Shown here piece by piece: positions 51,710 to 61,119 of a stretch of 64,000 bases of DNA. The DNA comes from Thermoanaerobaculia bacterium (GTDB taxonomy: Bacteria > Acidobacteriota > Thermoanaerobaculia > Multivoradales > Multivoraceae). Under the pieces are notes generated by a model. The model was not told the origin of the DNA. It did no database searches and was given only the letters and a program-made list of their open reading frames with translations. Position 1 is the stretch's first letter. The number at the start of each line of letters is the position of its first letter. The translations under genes were made by a program, and so were the position numbers. The stretch lies in contig OY761158.1 of assembly GCA_963664405.1 (NCBI GenBank), positions 2,656,001-2,720,000 of the forward strand. Direction: 5' to 3'.

Positions 51710-53803
51710 CTACGCTTCACACTGCACCTCCTCCGTAGGGTTCGGTTCGACGTCGAGGCGGCGCCGTCGTTTCGAGAGTTTTCGGCCCTGCATTTTGACG
51801 GGCGGGTCGTCGCCGGGATGCTCGTAGAGGCACTCGTTCTTGTCGTTGTAGGCATGGGCACGCAGCAGGCCGTGGTTGCGCCATGTCTTCACCGTGTGGG
51901 TCGCGACACCCAGTAGGTCAGCCATCTCTTCGAGGGTAAGCATTCCCCCCTCACGCAGTCGGTCGTACCTCTTCTTGATGTCGTAGTCACGGCGCAGGCG
52001 CCGGACGATGCCGGCGTGAAATCGTTTGCCCTCTCCGGAGAGATGGCCTCTGTCGTTGAGGATGCTCGCAATCTCGGCCTCGGTGTAGTCATCAAGCAGG
52101 GTATCAATCTCGGCAACGACCTGTTTCGAGGTTTGGCGTAACTCCCATGCTGTCGGCGGAATGGGCAGTTTGAGACTTCGTGTCGCGCCACCTCGGAAGC
52201 GGACACCGACAACGATCTCGTCGCCCTTCGTCAAGGTGACGTCCTCGATGAGCAAGCGCACCATGCGCTTGCGCTCGCGTTGAGGCGTCTTCGGGTCGTT
52301 CCACAACCGCGGGAAGTCGGTGGCGAGGGCGAGGATCTCTTCTCGTTGCTGGTCGCCGAGCTGTTGGTGATCTTGCTGGCGGCGCTGCTCGAGCTCCTCC
52401 TGTGCGTCGTGCAGCCCGCGCAGCCTCTCGTTCCACTCGGCCTCGAGGACATCCACCACGAGGCGGTTCCCCGGATCGACCTCCATGAAGCGACGCCGAG
52501 CCAAGTCAGCCTCCTGTCGAGCTCGCTGTACGTGCTGGCGCCGCAGGGAATCGGCCTCGTGGATCCGTGCATCGAGCTCGACCTGGACTTTCAGTGCAAC
52601 CTCCAGAGTCACAGGCGTAACCGTCTCCACAAGCAGCTCTCCGATGGCCCGATCGATGCCCTTGCCCGGGATCGACTGACACTTGGGTGTCGCGGTGTCG
52701 ATGCCCTCGCGCTGGCAGACGTACTCGGGCCACTGAGTGCCCCTGCGCGTGTGATAGCGGACCGTCATCCGATGGCCACAAACGCCGCAGAGGACCAAGC
52801 CCTGCACCAGCGCTGGCCCCTCGCGCGGTGGGCTCTTACGCCGGTCTCGGCCGTGGGCCTGGGCGTTGTCTCGTAGTCGTCTCAGGTTTTCTTCGAATCG
52901 TTCCCAAGGAATGTAACCGGGGTGCGCGTCGAGCAACAGCGCGGTCCACTCCTCCCGCGGAAGCGACTTGACCTCGACGGTGCCGTTGACGCGCTTTTGC
53001 GTGTGAGTGCGACCGAAACAGAAAGCACCTGCGTAGCGGGGATTGTGCAGCACCCTCAGGACGCGCCAGTGGCGCAGCGACTCCCACAGCAGCTCTCCCT
53101 TGTGGGGGCCGAAGCGCGGCCGGCGCGGAAACCGCAAGCCTTGCTCGCGGAAGTGTTTGACCGTCGCCGAGGCCGAGCCCGTACGCTCGAAGGTCTCGAA
53201 CAGGTGCTCGAAGCTCCGTTGGACCTGGCCGTCGGGATCTAACACGACGTTGCCGGCCGGGTCGTAGAGTAGGCCGACGGGTAACGGGGTTTGCAGCGCA
53301 CCTCGGCGCGCCTGATTCAGAATGCCTCCGCGCAGCCGAGCCCGCATCACGTGAAGCTCCGCCTCGCTCATCGTGCCCTTGAGCCCGAGCAGAAGGCGAT
53401 CGTTGAAATCACTCGGGCTGTAGACCCCGTCCTCGTCAAGGATCAGCGTGTCGGTCAGCGCGCAGATCTCCAGCAGTCGATGCCAGTCCGTGCTATTGCG
53501 TGCCAGGCGCGAAACCTCCAGCCCGAGAACGATCCCGGCTCGGCCCATACCGACCTCGCCGACGAGCTTCTGAAAGCCCTCGCGGTCGACGCTGGAGGCT
53601 GCGGACTTACCCAGGTCCGAGTCGATCACGAGGACTCGCTCGATGGGCCATCCCATCGCCACCGCGCGCTCTCGCAACGCGTACTGCCGTCTCGTGCTCT
53701 CCGTATTCTCGAACACCTGGCGCACGGTCGACTGGCGAACGTACAGGTACGCATCGCGTCGCAGGTGGCTTGGGGTCACCTTCTGGTGGGCGCTTGCGCT
53801 CAT
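51710..53803 (-). CDS. Large serine recombinase (resolvase, recombinase, zinc ribbon, coiled coil, C-terminal HTH)
   Basis: YLYVRQST, EVSRLARN, LHNPRYAG, GLVLCGVCG...YVC. Confidence 0.95.
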   Translation of the reverse strand: MSASAHQKVTPSHLRRDAYLYVRQSTVRQVFENTESTRRQYALRERAVAMGWPIERVLVIDSDLGKSAASSVDREGFQKLVGEVGMGRAGIVLGLEVSRLARNSTDWHRLLEICALTDTLILDEDGVYSPSDFNDRLLLGLKGTMSEAELHVMRARLRGGILNQARRGALQTPLPVGLLYDPAGNVVLDPDGQVQRSFEHLFETFERTGSASATVKHFREQGLRFPRRPRFGPHKGELLWESLRHWRVLRVLHNPRYAGAFCFGRTHTQKRVNGTVEVKSLPREEWTALLLDAHPGYIPWERFEENLRRLRDNAQAHGRDRRKSPPREGPALVQGLVLCGVCGHRMTVRYHTRRGTQWPEYVCQREGIDTATPKCQSIPGKGIDRAIGELLVETVTPVTLEVALKVQVELDARIHEADSLRRQHVQRARQEADLARRRFMEVDPGNRLVVDVLEAEWNERLRGLHDAQEELEQRRQQDHQQLGDQQREEILALATDFPRLWNDPKTPQRERKRMVRLLIEDVTLTKGDEIVVGVRFRGGATRSLKLPIPPTAWELRQTSKQVVAEIDTLLDDYTEAEIASILNDRGHLSGEGKRFHAGIVRRLRRDYDIKKRYDRLREGGMLTLEEMADLLGVATHTVKTWRNHGLLRAHAYNDKNECLYEHPGDDPPVKMQGRKLSKRRRRLDVEPNPTEEVQCEA

Positions 53804-54087
53804 GCGTGGTTCTCCCGTACATGGCCGAGAGCCATCGCAGCCAACACGTTGATCAGATCCGCGCTCGTATCGTGAGGCAGCGCGGACGGCCTGGCTATCT
53901 CGGCGGACGGTGCCTGCGTCGGCGCGGGCATCTTGGACCCCTGTTCAACCCAAGCGGCCAGCCCTTGTCGCAGGAGAACGGCCAAGCCGAACCGAACCGA
54001 TAGGAGCTGCCGCTTCGCCGCATGTCCTCGGAGCTCCTCGTAGCGAGCGACATGGGCCGGAGCGTTCTGCTGGGGTGTCGCGCTCAT
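53800..54087 (-). CDS. Small accessory protein of the recombinase element
   Basis: RYEELR...GLAVLLRQGLAAW...LINVLAAMAL; 4-nt overlaps with both neighbours. Confidence 0.75.
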   Translation of the reverse strand: MSATPQQNAPAHVARYEELRGHAAKRQLLSVRFGLAVLLRQGLAAWVEQGSKMPAPTQAPSAEIARPSALPHDTSADLINVLAAMALGHVRENHA

Positions 54088-54551
54088 GGCCGGCGTTTTT
54101 TTTCCTGGCGAGCCAGGGCTCGCTCAATGCTGCGCGGATGGATCGAGATGCCAAAGCGCTTCTGCACCCACTCGGCCAGGGCGGTTGCATCTGCGTCCGG
54201 CTCCCCCTCCAGCCTGTCGTGCAGGGCCTCGACGACCTCCTCGGATAGCTTGTGGGCGCGGCGCGGCCCCGGCTTTCTTGGCAGCAACGCGGGTAGGCCG
54301 CCTTCTTCGTAAACCACCTGGGCGTGGTAGAAGGATGGGCGCGACAACCCGAAGCTTGCCGCGCTCCGGCTCACCGTGTGTCTGTCCACCCGGACACGGC
54401 GCAGCATCTCGTACTTGACCTGCACGAGGTCTCGAGGGTCGAAGAACTCGCTCGAGGTGAACAAATCGTCCGAGACCTTCTCCGGCTGGGGATGAAGGCA
54501 CCCTCGTTGACGGAGGGCCTCGGCTTTCGGGTCGGGTCTGCGTCGCGGCAT
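54084..54551 (-). CDS. Helix-turn-helix protein of the recombinase element
   Basis: FFDPRDLVQVKYEMLR, FGLSRPSFY, KPGPRRAHKL, IHPRSIERAL; GAGGAG RBS. Confidence 0.82.
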   Translation of the reverse strand: MPRRRPDPKAEALRQRGCLHPQPEKVSDDLFTSSEFFDPRDLVQVKYEMLRRVRVDRHTVSRSAASFGLSRPSFYHAQVVYEEGGLPALLPRKPGPRRAHKLSEEVVEALHDRLEGEPDADATALAEWVQKRFGISIHPRSIERALARQEKKRRP

Positions 54552-54579
54552 GATCGTCTCCTCATGGAATGTAATTCTA

Positions 54580-54607
54580 ATTATACCTCTCATGGATCCT
54601 CTGTCAA
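54580..54607 (-). promoter_or_regulatory. Consensus sigma-70 promoter driving the HTH-ORF-recombinase operon
   Basis: TTGACA (54607-54602), 16-nt spacer, TATAAT (54585-54580). Confidence 0.8.
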
Positions 54608-54766
54608 GGGGTGTCCACCAAGAGAGTACCGATAGATCGTGCATTAAATTGGCCTATCTCTACACTCCTGGTCACACTCCGGCACTCTTCCCGACATAAT
54701 TGTGATTACATTCACGGCATAATCTCCTTTACGCACGGTGCCCCTCAACCGTCCTCACGCAGGTCT

Positions 54767-55061
54767 TCATCGCTCGCTCTCCCGGGTCAGCTTGGCGAGC
54801 TCGAGCAGGTCGGCCAAGCGGTACATCGATCTGCCTGCGGAGATGACAACCACGGGGTCCTCGGCCACCGCACTCGTCCAACGCGCTGGAAGGGAGCGTA
54901 GCTCCTCGCATTCATCCAGGTAGAAGACCCGGTCCTCGCCCCAGCACTGGCGATAGTGAGCCAGCTCGTACTCACGCCCCAACAGCGGGTGGAACGGATG
55001 GGTTACCCGAAAACGTCGTTGCTCACAATCTGTATCGGGTGCATTCGACCATCGAGCCCAA
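54767..55061 (-). CDS. DUF5372 (Y4bD/Y4pK-like) protein; the frame extends to the att core without its own start codon
   Basis: FRVTHPFHPLLGREYEL...WGEDRV...SLPARWTS...DP...GRS..R.ADL. Confidence 0.72.
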
Positions 55062-55311
55062 TCCCTATGCTGAGCGCGTCATCGGCTCCATGCGGCGAGA
55101 ATGTCTCGATCACGTTATCGTGCTGAACGAGGCCCATCTCCGCCGGATTCTGCGTTCCTTCGTCACCTACTACCATCGCTCAAGAACCCATCTCTCCTTA
55201 GACAAGGATGCTCCTGAGGCACGAGAGGTGCAGGCTCCGAGGATGGGACGCGTGGTGGAGTTGCCCGAGGTCGGTGGGCTCCATCACCGGTACGAACGCC
55301 GGGCGGCGTAG
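55062..55311 (+). pseudogene. DDE transposase, C-terminal part
   Basis: NPYAERVIGSMRRECLDH...GGLHHRYERRAA. Confidence 0.87.
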
Positions 55312-55656
55312 TCATCCAGCGGGGTTTTCAGAGCCGTCGGGAATCTTGCTGCGTGTTCCGCTGCTACTCGGGAGGCGTGCTCTCGCACGTCGTCCCGTTA
55401 TTCGATTGCTGAGCCTCCACGCCGTTCACCCTGAACCTGCAGGCCCCGGAGAAAGTGCTGCCATCGTGTGCAAGATCCGGTGCGCCAAACGCCCGGACGG
55501 GTTTCTTGGTAGGCACACGTCGACCTCACTCACCGCGGCGCGACCTCCTGCTGATCTCTCTGTTCGCCGAGCCCCGAACCACGCAACACGGCGCAGAAGT
55601 TCACCTTCGCCCGCTTGGCAAGCGCGATACGATCGGTTGACCCGAAAAGGAAATCC

Positions 55657-56061
55657 CTATCCCTTTCCAAAAGAAGCGTATGGCTCTCGCCGATTGCGCC
55701 GGGACTGCACCAGAATGTCGATCGCATCGCCGTCGTCATCGACAGCCCGCCACAGATACTGCCGCCGCCCCTGGATCTTCGCGAAGACCTCGTCCAGATA
55801 CCAAAAGTCGCCCATGCCGCCGCGGCGGCCCCGCAACGGCCGAGCGTAGTCGATTCCGAACATCACACACCATGGCCGAATCGCCTCCTACGTCACCGTG
55901 ATATACCGTTCTGCGAGGTCTCGGAAGCTGAGACCGAAACGGTGATAGAGCCAGACGGCGTCACGGATGATTTCAGGGGGAAACCGGTATCCAAACGATA
56001 GCTGGGTGGTGGGTTCGCCATCGACGTACTCTGCCAGCCACGGCCTCAACTTGCCAGCGCC
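55657..56061 (-). pseudogene. Degenerate IS6 family element
   Basis: YRFPPEIIRDAVWLYHRF and WYLDEVF...YLWRAVD in different frames; IR ggcgctggcaagttga at 56061. Confidence 0.8.
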
Positions 56062-56090
56062 GCTGCTGGCCAACCAACGAGACGGCACAA

Positions 56091-56597
56091 GTGGAGACAC
56101 TACCTTTGACTAACTCACTCGAATCCAGCATCGGAGCTCGCGGCTTTCATTTTGTTGCTTTGTGTTTCTGTCTAATTTTTCCCGCTTGTGCGTCGGCGCC
56201 TGTCGAGTGGGTAGACGTACCGCTGGCCGATAATGTCTACTTTGAAGCCAGTCCTGTTTATCAGACGGACCAGGTTGAAATTCCAGTTCCTGCCAATTCG
56301 GATCTCGAATACATGCTGGACATGAAACAAGGTCATTCAGTGTCCTATCAGTGGAGATCCACAGACATCTCGAATCCTGAACTTCTTCTTGCAGAATTTC
56401 ATGGTCACACGGTAAGAGATTCTGAAGAGCCTGGAAATGTCATGTTTTTCAAGCAAGGCCGTGGCGACACGTCAGATGGCTATCTGGTCGCGCCTTTTGA
56501 CGGTGTACATGGCTGGTATTTTTCGAACGAAACGGACACTGATATCCATATCGCTCTTTCACTGTCTGGTTTCTACACAATACCTGACCCTGAATAA
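56091..56597 (+). CDS. Hypothetical exported/lipoprotein, lower GC
   Basis: Hydrophobic stretch plus Cys; LEYMLDM.QG, EFHGH, APFDGVHGWYF. Confidence 0.65.
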   Translation: METLPLTNSLESSIGARGFHFVALCFCLIFPACASAPVEWVDVPLADNVYFEASPVYQTDQVEIPVPANSDLEYMLDMKQGHSVSYQWRSTDISNPELLLAEFHGHTVRDSEEPGNVMFFKQGRGDTSDGYLVAPFDGVHGWYFSNETDTDIHIALSLSGFYTIPDPE

Positions 56598-56794
56598 GCA
56601 CTTCTTCTGGGGGCTAGATGAAGGGACATCGATGTAGTCGCCTCAAGGGCGTCGAGGGGGCACTGTCAAGTTGAGTTGACGAATTCGCGGGTATCGTTAC
56701 GCCCGAGACGATTCTGCGCTGGTACAGAAGACTGATCGCGAAGAAGTACGACGGTAGCGCCCGAAGAGGTCGAGGACGACCGATGACGCCGGTT

Positions 56795-56850
56795 GTCAAC
56801 GCCGGATGAAAATGTCCCATTTGTGGCGGGTGAAAATGTCCCACTCGACT
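56795..56850. repeat. IS21-type terminal repeat remnant
   Basis: tgtcaacgccggatgaaaatgtccca...gcgggtgaaaatgtccca: TG start with tandem transposase-binding repeats. Confidence 0.65.
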
Positions 56851-57001
56851 CCGGGATGACCGGTCCCGACTAGGTCGTCTTTCCTCCCTTCGATCTTCTG
56901 CGGGCTCTGGACGCCGGAGGGCGAGGCGAAGCCGAGCCCGTAGGCTCCAAGGAGGGCCCGTAGAAGATCGGCGTGTTCTCGCATGCGGTAGCTGTTTCGT
57001 C

Positions 57002-57805
57002 GGTACTGTCAGGTTGAGCCGATGGGTGGCAGAGTCGGCCCATGAAAAGCAGCACGCCCAGCTACCGCGGTCACCGGTTTCCGCCCGAGATCATCACTCA
57101 CGCAGTCTGGCTCTACCACCGCTTCTGCCTGAGCCTTCGCGACGTCGAGGATCTCTTGGCGGAGCGAGGAATCGTCGTCTCCTACGAGACCATCCGTCAA
57201 TGGTGCCGGAAGTTCGGCACGGAGTACGCCCGCAAGCTGAAGCGGCGAAGCGGCCGACTGGGTGACACCTGGTTCTTGGACGAGCTCTTCGTGACCATCC
57301 AGGGCAAGAGGCAGTACTTGTGGCGTGCCGTCGATCAGGATGGCGACGTCATAGACATCCTCGTGCAGCCACGCCGTGATCGAAAAGCAGCGGAACGCTT
57401 CTTCCGCAAGCTCTTGCAGGGCCAAGGGGCAGAGCCGGTGCTCCTGGTGACCGACAAGTTGAGGAGCTATGGCGCAGCGCACCGGACCACTATGCCCTCT
57501 GTCAGGCACGATACGAGCCAGTACGCCAACAACCGTGCCGAGGTCTCCCATCAGCCGACCCGGCAGCGAGAGCGACAGATGCGCCGCTTCAAGTCGCCCG
57601 GCCAGGCGCAGCGATTCCTCTCCGCTCACGCAGTCATCCAGAATCTGTTCCGGGTTGGGCGGCACCTCGTCAGCTCAGCCAACTACCGGACGCTGCGAGA
57701 TCGCTCCTTCGGCGTTTGGCGACAGGAGACGTGCGTCTGCTGAACTCGGAATCAAGGCCCGTCCGCGGCACAAGCTCGCACCGGCAGGATTAACTTGACA
57801 GTGCC
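57002..57805 (+). mobile_element. IS6 family element, apparently intact (transposase 57042-57743)
   Basis: IRs ggtactgtcaggtt / aacttgacagtgcc; WFLDE, YLWRAVD, VTDK, NNRAEVSH. Confidence 0.93.
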
Positions 57806-57834
57806 CTGTTTCCCCTTGAAGGCGAAGGCCGGCT

Positions 57835-58299
57835 TTACTCTGTGCGCCCCCAGCCGGGCCCGAAATCGGACTTGTAGTTGGAGACCACGAGCCACGCACC
57901 GTCCTGTTTCACCCAGGCCCGAACATAGCGATACGAGTTGCCCTGGCCTACTCTGTGTCCGGTCTCGAAAACGTGGTTTTCATCCTGAACGAGGAACTTC
58001 TGGTCGGTGATCTTCGCGGGCCTGGGGTTCGCCGCGCTGCGGTTACCGCTACTGAACTCCGCGGCGAGTCTCTGCTTGCTTGGGGCGATCTTTCCGCTCC
58101 CGGCCCGGTTGATGGCCCCCCTGCCGACGTTGACGCCCACGTAGTTGTCGGCGGTCTGCTTCAGCCAGGTCTCAGCGTCGCCTGTGCCGACCGCGGTTTC
58201 TCTAGCCTGGGCAAGCGACTCGACCTCGGCCACCGGGTCCGACTCGGCAAGAGCCGGCACACTCATCGTGCATGTCAAGGCCACAACCAAGGCTCGCAT
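57835..58299 (-). CDS. Exported NTF2-like (DUF4440-like) protein
   Basis: Signal peptide; RYVRAWVKQDGAWLVV. Confidence 0.65.
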   Translation of the reverse strand: MRALVVALTCTMSVPALAESDPVAEVESLAQARETAVGTGDAETWLKQTADNYVGVNVGRGAINRAGSGKIAPSKQRLAAEFSSGNRSAANPRPAKITDQKFLVQDENHVFETGHRVGQGNSYRYVRAWVKQDGAWLVVSNYKSDFGPGWGRTE

Positions 58300-58375
58300 T
58301 ACTCCTCCTCCCTCTCGGCCCAAGGAAGATCCGTTCACCGAGACTATACCGCAGACAGCTAGCAGCCTTCGGCTG

Positions 58376-58849
58376 GGTACTGTCAACTTGAACCTAGGGC
58401 TGCCAGAGTCGGCTCATGGACAACAGCGCATCCAGCTACCGAGGCCATCGCTTCCCAGCCGAGATCATCGGTCATGCCGTTTGGCTGTATCACCGGTTCT
58501 GCCTGAGCTTCCGAGACGTCGAGGATCTCCTGGCAGAGCGCGGCATCACCGTCTCATACGAGACGATCCGTCAGTGGTGCAGAAAGTTCGGTGGTGAGTA
58601 CGCGCGCACGCTGAAGCGCCAACAAGGCCGCCTCGGCGATACCTGGTACCTCGACGAGCTCTTCTCTGCAGCTGCGCACGCCCAAGGCCGTGGTTTGAGC
58701 AGTCTCCGCGTCGGACCAGCAGCCATGAGGATCCCTGAGAGATCGTTCCTTCCGCGTTTGGCGGCAGGTGACATGTGCCTACTGAATCCGAGCCGACCGA
58801 CCTTCGACCGCGCCACATCTCGCCTCGACGACGATAAGTTGACAGTACC
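58376..58849 (+). mobile_element. IS6 family element with an internal deletion
   Basis: IRs ggtactgtcaactt / aagttgacagtacc; transposase similarity stops after WYLDELF. Confidence 0.85.
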
Positions 58850-59000
58850 TGCTGGCGGCTTCGGCACAGCTCTACGCGGCTTCGGTTGGCTGACGTCGCG
58901 CTTCGATCTCACCAAACCGGTCATCGCCGCCGTCAACGGCGTCGCAATGGGAGGCAGGTTCGAGATCGCCCTGGCCTGCGACCTCATCGTGGCGTCGCTC
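58850..59000 (+). pseudogene. Enoyl-CoA hydratase fragment
   Basis: KPVIAAVNGVAMGGRFEIALACDLIVAS. Confidence 0.7.
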
Positions 59001-59024
59001 GATTCGGGCTCGTGGAACGCCCCC

Positions 59025-60062
59025 TCAGTCGGCGTCAGGGTTGTCGAGGCGGTGGTAGATCCGTGCTACGTTCGCCAGCCCCACGCCTACGTTTCGGATC
59101 GGAATCTCGGTGTGATTCGTCATATCGATGGTGGGGGCTGCTTCTTCGGCGCTGACGCCCGCCGCGTGCTTGGCCGACACCTTCTTCCACAGATCCCGGT
59201 AGTACGCCTGCACCAGATCGATCCGTCTGCGATCGGTGACCGGTTGACCGTGCCCCGGAACGAAGACGTCGAAGTCGAGCGCCTTGAGGTTCTCCAGAGT
59301 CTGGGGCCACTCGTCGACGTAGCCGTCACCGAGAAACGAAGGCCCGCTGAGCGCCATGTCGCCGGTGAAGACGAGTCGGTCCTGCGGGAAATAGACGGCG
59401 ACGTCGCCACCGGTGTGGGCACGGCCGAGAAAGATGATCTGGATCTCCCGGCTCCCTCGAAACAGCGTCAAACGCTTATTCAGGGTCACATCGGGAGGCA
59501 ACGGATCGACCTCTTCGAAGTCTTTGGCGTGAGCGGCGAACATCTCCAGGTAGGCCTGAAGCTCCGACTTCTTCTCGCCGTTCTCTTCCGCCGCGACCTG
59601 CTTTTCGAGGCGGGCGAGAGTCGCCTTGTTTCCAGCGAGGGTGCCTGTCCAGGTCGGCTCTTCGAGTGGTGCGCCCGCCATCTTCTTGCGGGTGAACTCG
59701 TGGCCGATGATAGGGATGCCGGGGAACGCTTGATTGCCGTCGGAGTGATCGAAGTGGAAGTGGGAGTTGATCAGCGTGGTCACGGGTTTCGGAGTCAACA
59801 CCGCGATCGAGGCGATGAGATCCCGCGCCTTTGAAGGCGTGATGTGGGAATCCACCAGCACGACATCGTCGTCGTTGACGATGACCAGTGCATTGCTGTT
59901 GAAGAACTGTGCCGTGGTCTGGGCCAGGTAGATCCCGTTGCGGACCTCCGTCAGCGTGTGGGTGTCCGTTGTGACCGGATCGGCAGCGCCGAGCAACCCG
60001 GCGGTCAGAATTGTGGTAGCCAGTATCGCCGTTGCGCGAAGCGTGAATCGAGTAGTCCTCAT
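59025..60062 (-). CDS. Exported MBL-fold metallo-hydrolase
   Basis: INSHFHFDHSDGN, AHTGGD, FTGD, VPGHG; signal peptide. Confidence 0.9.
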   Translation of the reverse strand: MRTTRFTLRATAILATTILTAGLLGAADPVTTDTHTLTEVRNGIYLAQTTAQFFNSNALVIVNDDDVVLVDSHITPSKARDLIASIAVLTPKPVTTLINSHFHFDHSDGNQAFPGIPIIGHEFTRKKMAGAPLEEPTWTGTLAGNKATLARLEKQVAAEENGEKKSELQAYLEMFAAHAKDFEEVDPLPPDVTLNKRLTLFRGSREIQIIFLGRAHTGGDVAVYFPQDRLVFTGDMALSGPSFLGDGYVDEWPQTLENLKALDFDVFVPGHGQPVTDRRRIDLVQAYYRDLWKKVSAKHAAGVSAEEAAPTIDMTNHTEIPIRNVGVGLANVARIYHRLDNPDAD

Positions 60063-60108
60063 GGAGAAGGAGTATGCACCAACTCGAATGCGATTTCTCA
60101 TGGTGAAG

Positions 60109-60752
60109 GGCGTTGGTGCATGAATCGACTTCGGCCCCGACGGTAGCATTGGCTCGGGATCCCGACCATTCATGGAGGGGGGGCGATGCCATGGCCGCAC
60201 GCAAGTCGAGCCGAGTCAACCGCGAGTACAAGACGAAGTACAGAGTCCGGAACTGGAGGGAGTACGAGCGTGGCCTCAGGAGCCGTGGCGATGTCACGAT
60301 CTGGTTGAGCGAGGCGGCGATCGCCGCGTGGACGCCACCGAAGAACGGTCTCCGCGGGGGCCAACGACAGTACTCGAACCTCGCGATTCTGACTGCGTTG
60401 ACGCTGCGAGTCGTCTTCCGGCTGCCGCTTCGCCAGACCGAGGGATCCCTGGGCTCGCTGCTGAGCTTGATGGGCCTGGGCCTCAAGGCCCCGGACCACA
60501 CCACACTCTCGCGCCGGAACCAGGACGTTGAGGTGCCGCCCCTGATCCGAGCCCACGATGGCCCGATCCACCTGGTCGTCGACTCGACTGGGCTCAAGAT
60601 CCTGGGTTCTGGCGAGTGGAATGTGCATAGGTACAAGGCATCGAGGAAGCGCCGGGACTGGCGGAAGCTGCACATCGGAGTGGATGATGAGGGCTTTATC
60701 GTGGCGGCCGAGCTCACGGCGAGCAGCGAGGGCGACGCCTCCACGCTCCCTG
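60109..60752 (+). pseudogene. IS5 family (IS903-like) element interrupted by IS21
   Basis: IR ggcgttggtgcatgaat; NWREYERGL, LPLRQTEG, VDSTGLK, WRKLH; ATG at 60191. Confidence 0.85.
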
Positions 60753-60777
60753 TGTTACCGGCTACGAGAAAGCGCAC

Positions 60778-61119
60778 TTAGTTGGCTGCGAGTCGGTTTT
60801 TTGTCCCCGCGAGGCGTGACTCAGGGTGTGGCGCAGATAGTCGAGGTACCCCTTCGGGGGGTGGCGTCGTGGGGAGTTCTCGGAGGATGGGGAGAAAGTA
60901 GGCGAGGGATCGGATGGGCTGGAGCTTTGGTAGGCGCGGATCTCGGCATGCGCGTCGGGCGGAGCCGAGGAGGAGGGCGGCCTGGAGGACGGTGAGAGGC
61001 AGGTCTTGGTCGAAGAGCTGGTCGACGATGACGCGGTCGCCGTGGTGGAAGCGGTGCGGGGTGTCGGGAAGGAGTCGATAGAGGCGGAGGAGCTGGCGCC
61101 GATAGTGGCTTCGGGTCAT
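60778..61119 (-). CDS. IS21-associated hypothetical protein
   Basis: ATGA overlap with istB; PIRSLAYFLP; possible frameshift near 60850. Confidence 0.6.
   Translation of the reverse strand: MTRSHYRRQLLRLYRLLPDTPHRFHHGDRVIVDQLFDQDLPLTVLQAALLLGSARRACRDPRLPKLQPIRSLAYFLPILRELPTTPPPEGVPRLSAPHPESRLAGTKNRLAAN

Larger units (their letters stand above)
51705..55061 (-). mobile_element. Four-gene large serine recombinase element flanked by AA core dinucleotides
   Basis: Removal restores TGG CAG AAT CCC TAT (WQNPY); the joined ends form GGTGCA-N11-AGCCC-AA-GGGCT-N11-TGCACC. Confidence 0.9.
50861..55517 (+). mobile_element. IS element with an integrase-core (IS3/IS481-like) transposase, interrupted
   Basis: Ends tgtccctaccagaaac / gtttcttggtaggcaca (TG...CA imperfect IR); transposase split into 50931-51706 and 55062-55311. 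Confidence 0.8.

Noticed and set aside
58416-59834. 472-aa ORF that looks like an IS6-hydratase fusion
   Set aside because: Chance read-through of a deleted IS6, a hydratase fragment and the antisense strand of the MBL gene.
59476-60777. 433-aa minus-strand ORF
   Set aside because: Antisense to the IS5 transposase and off-frame to the MBL gene.
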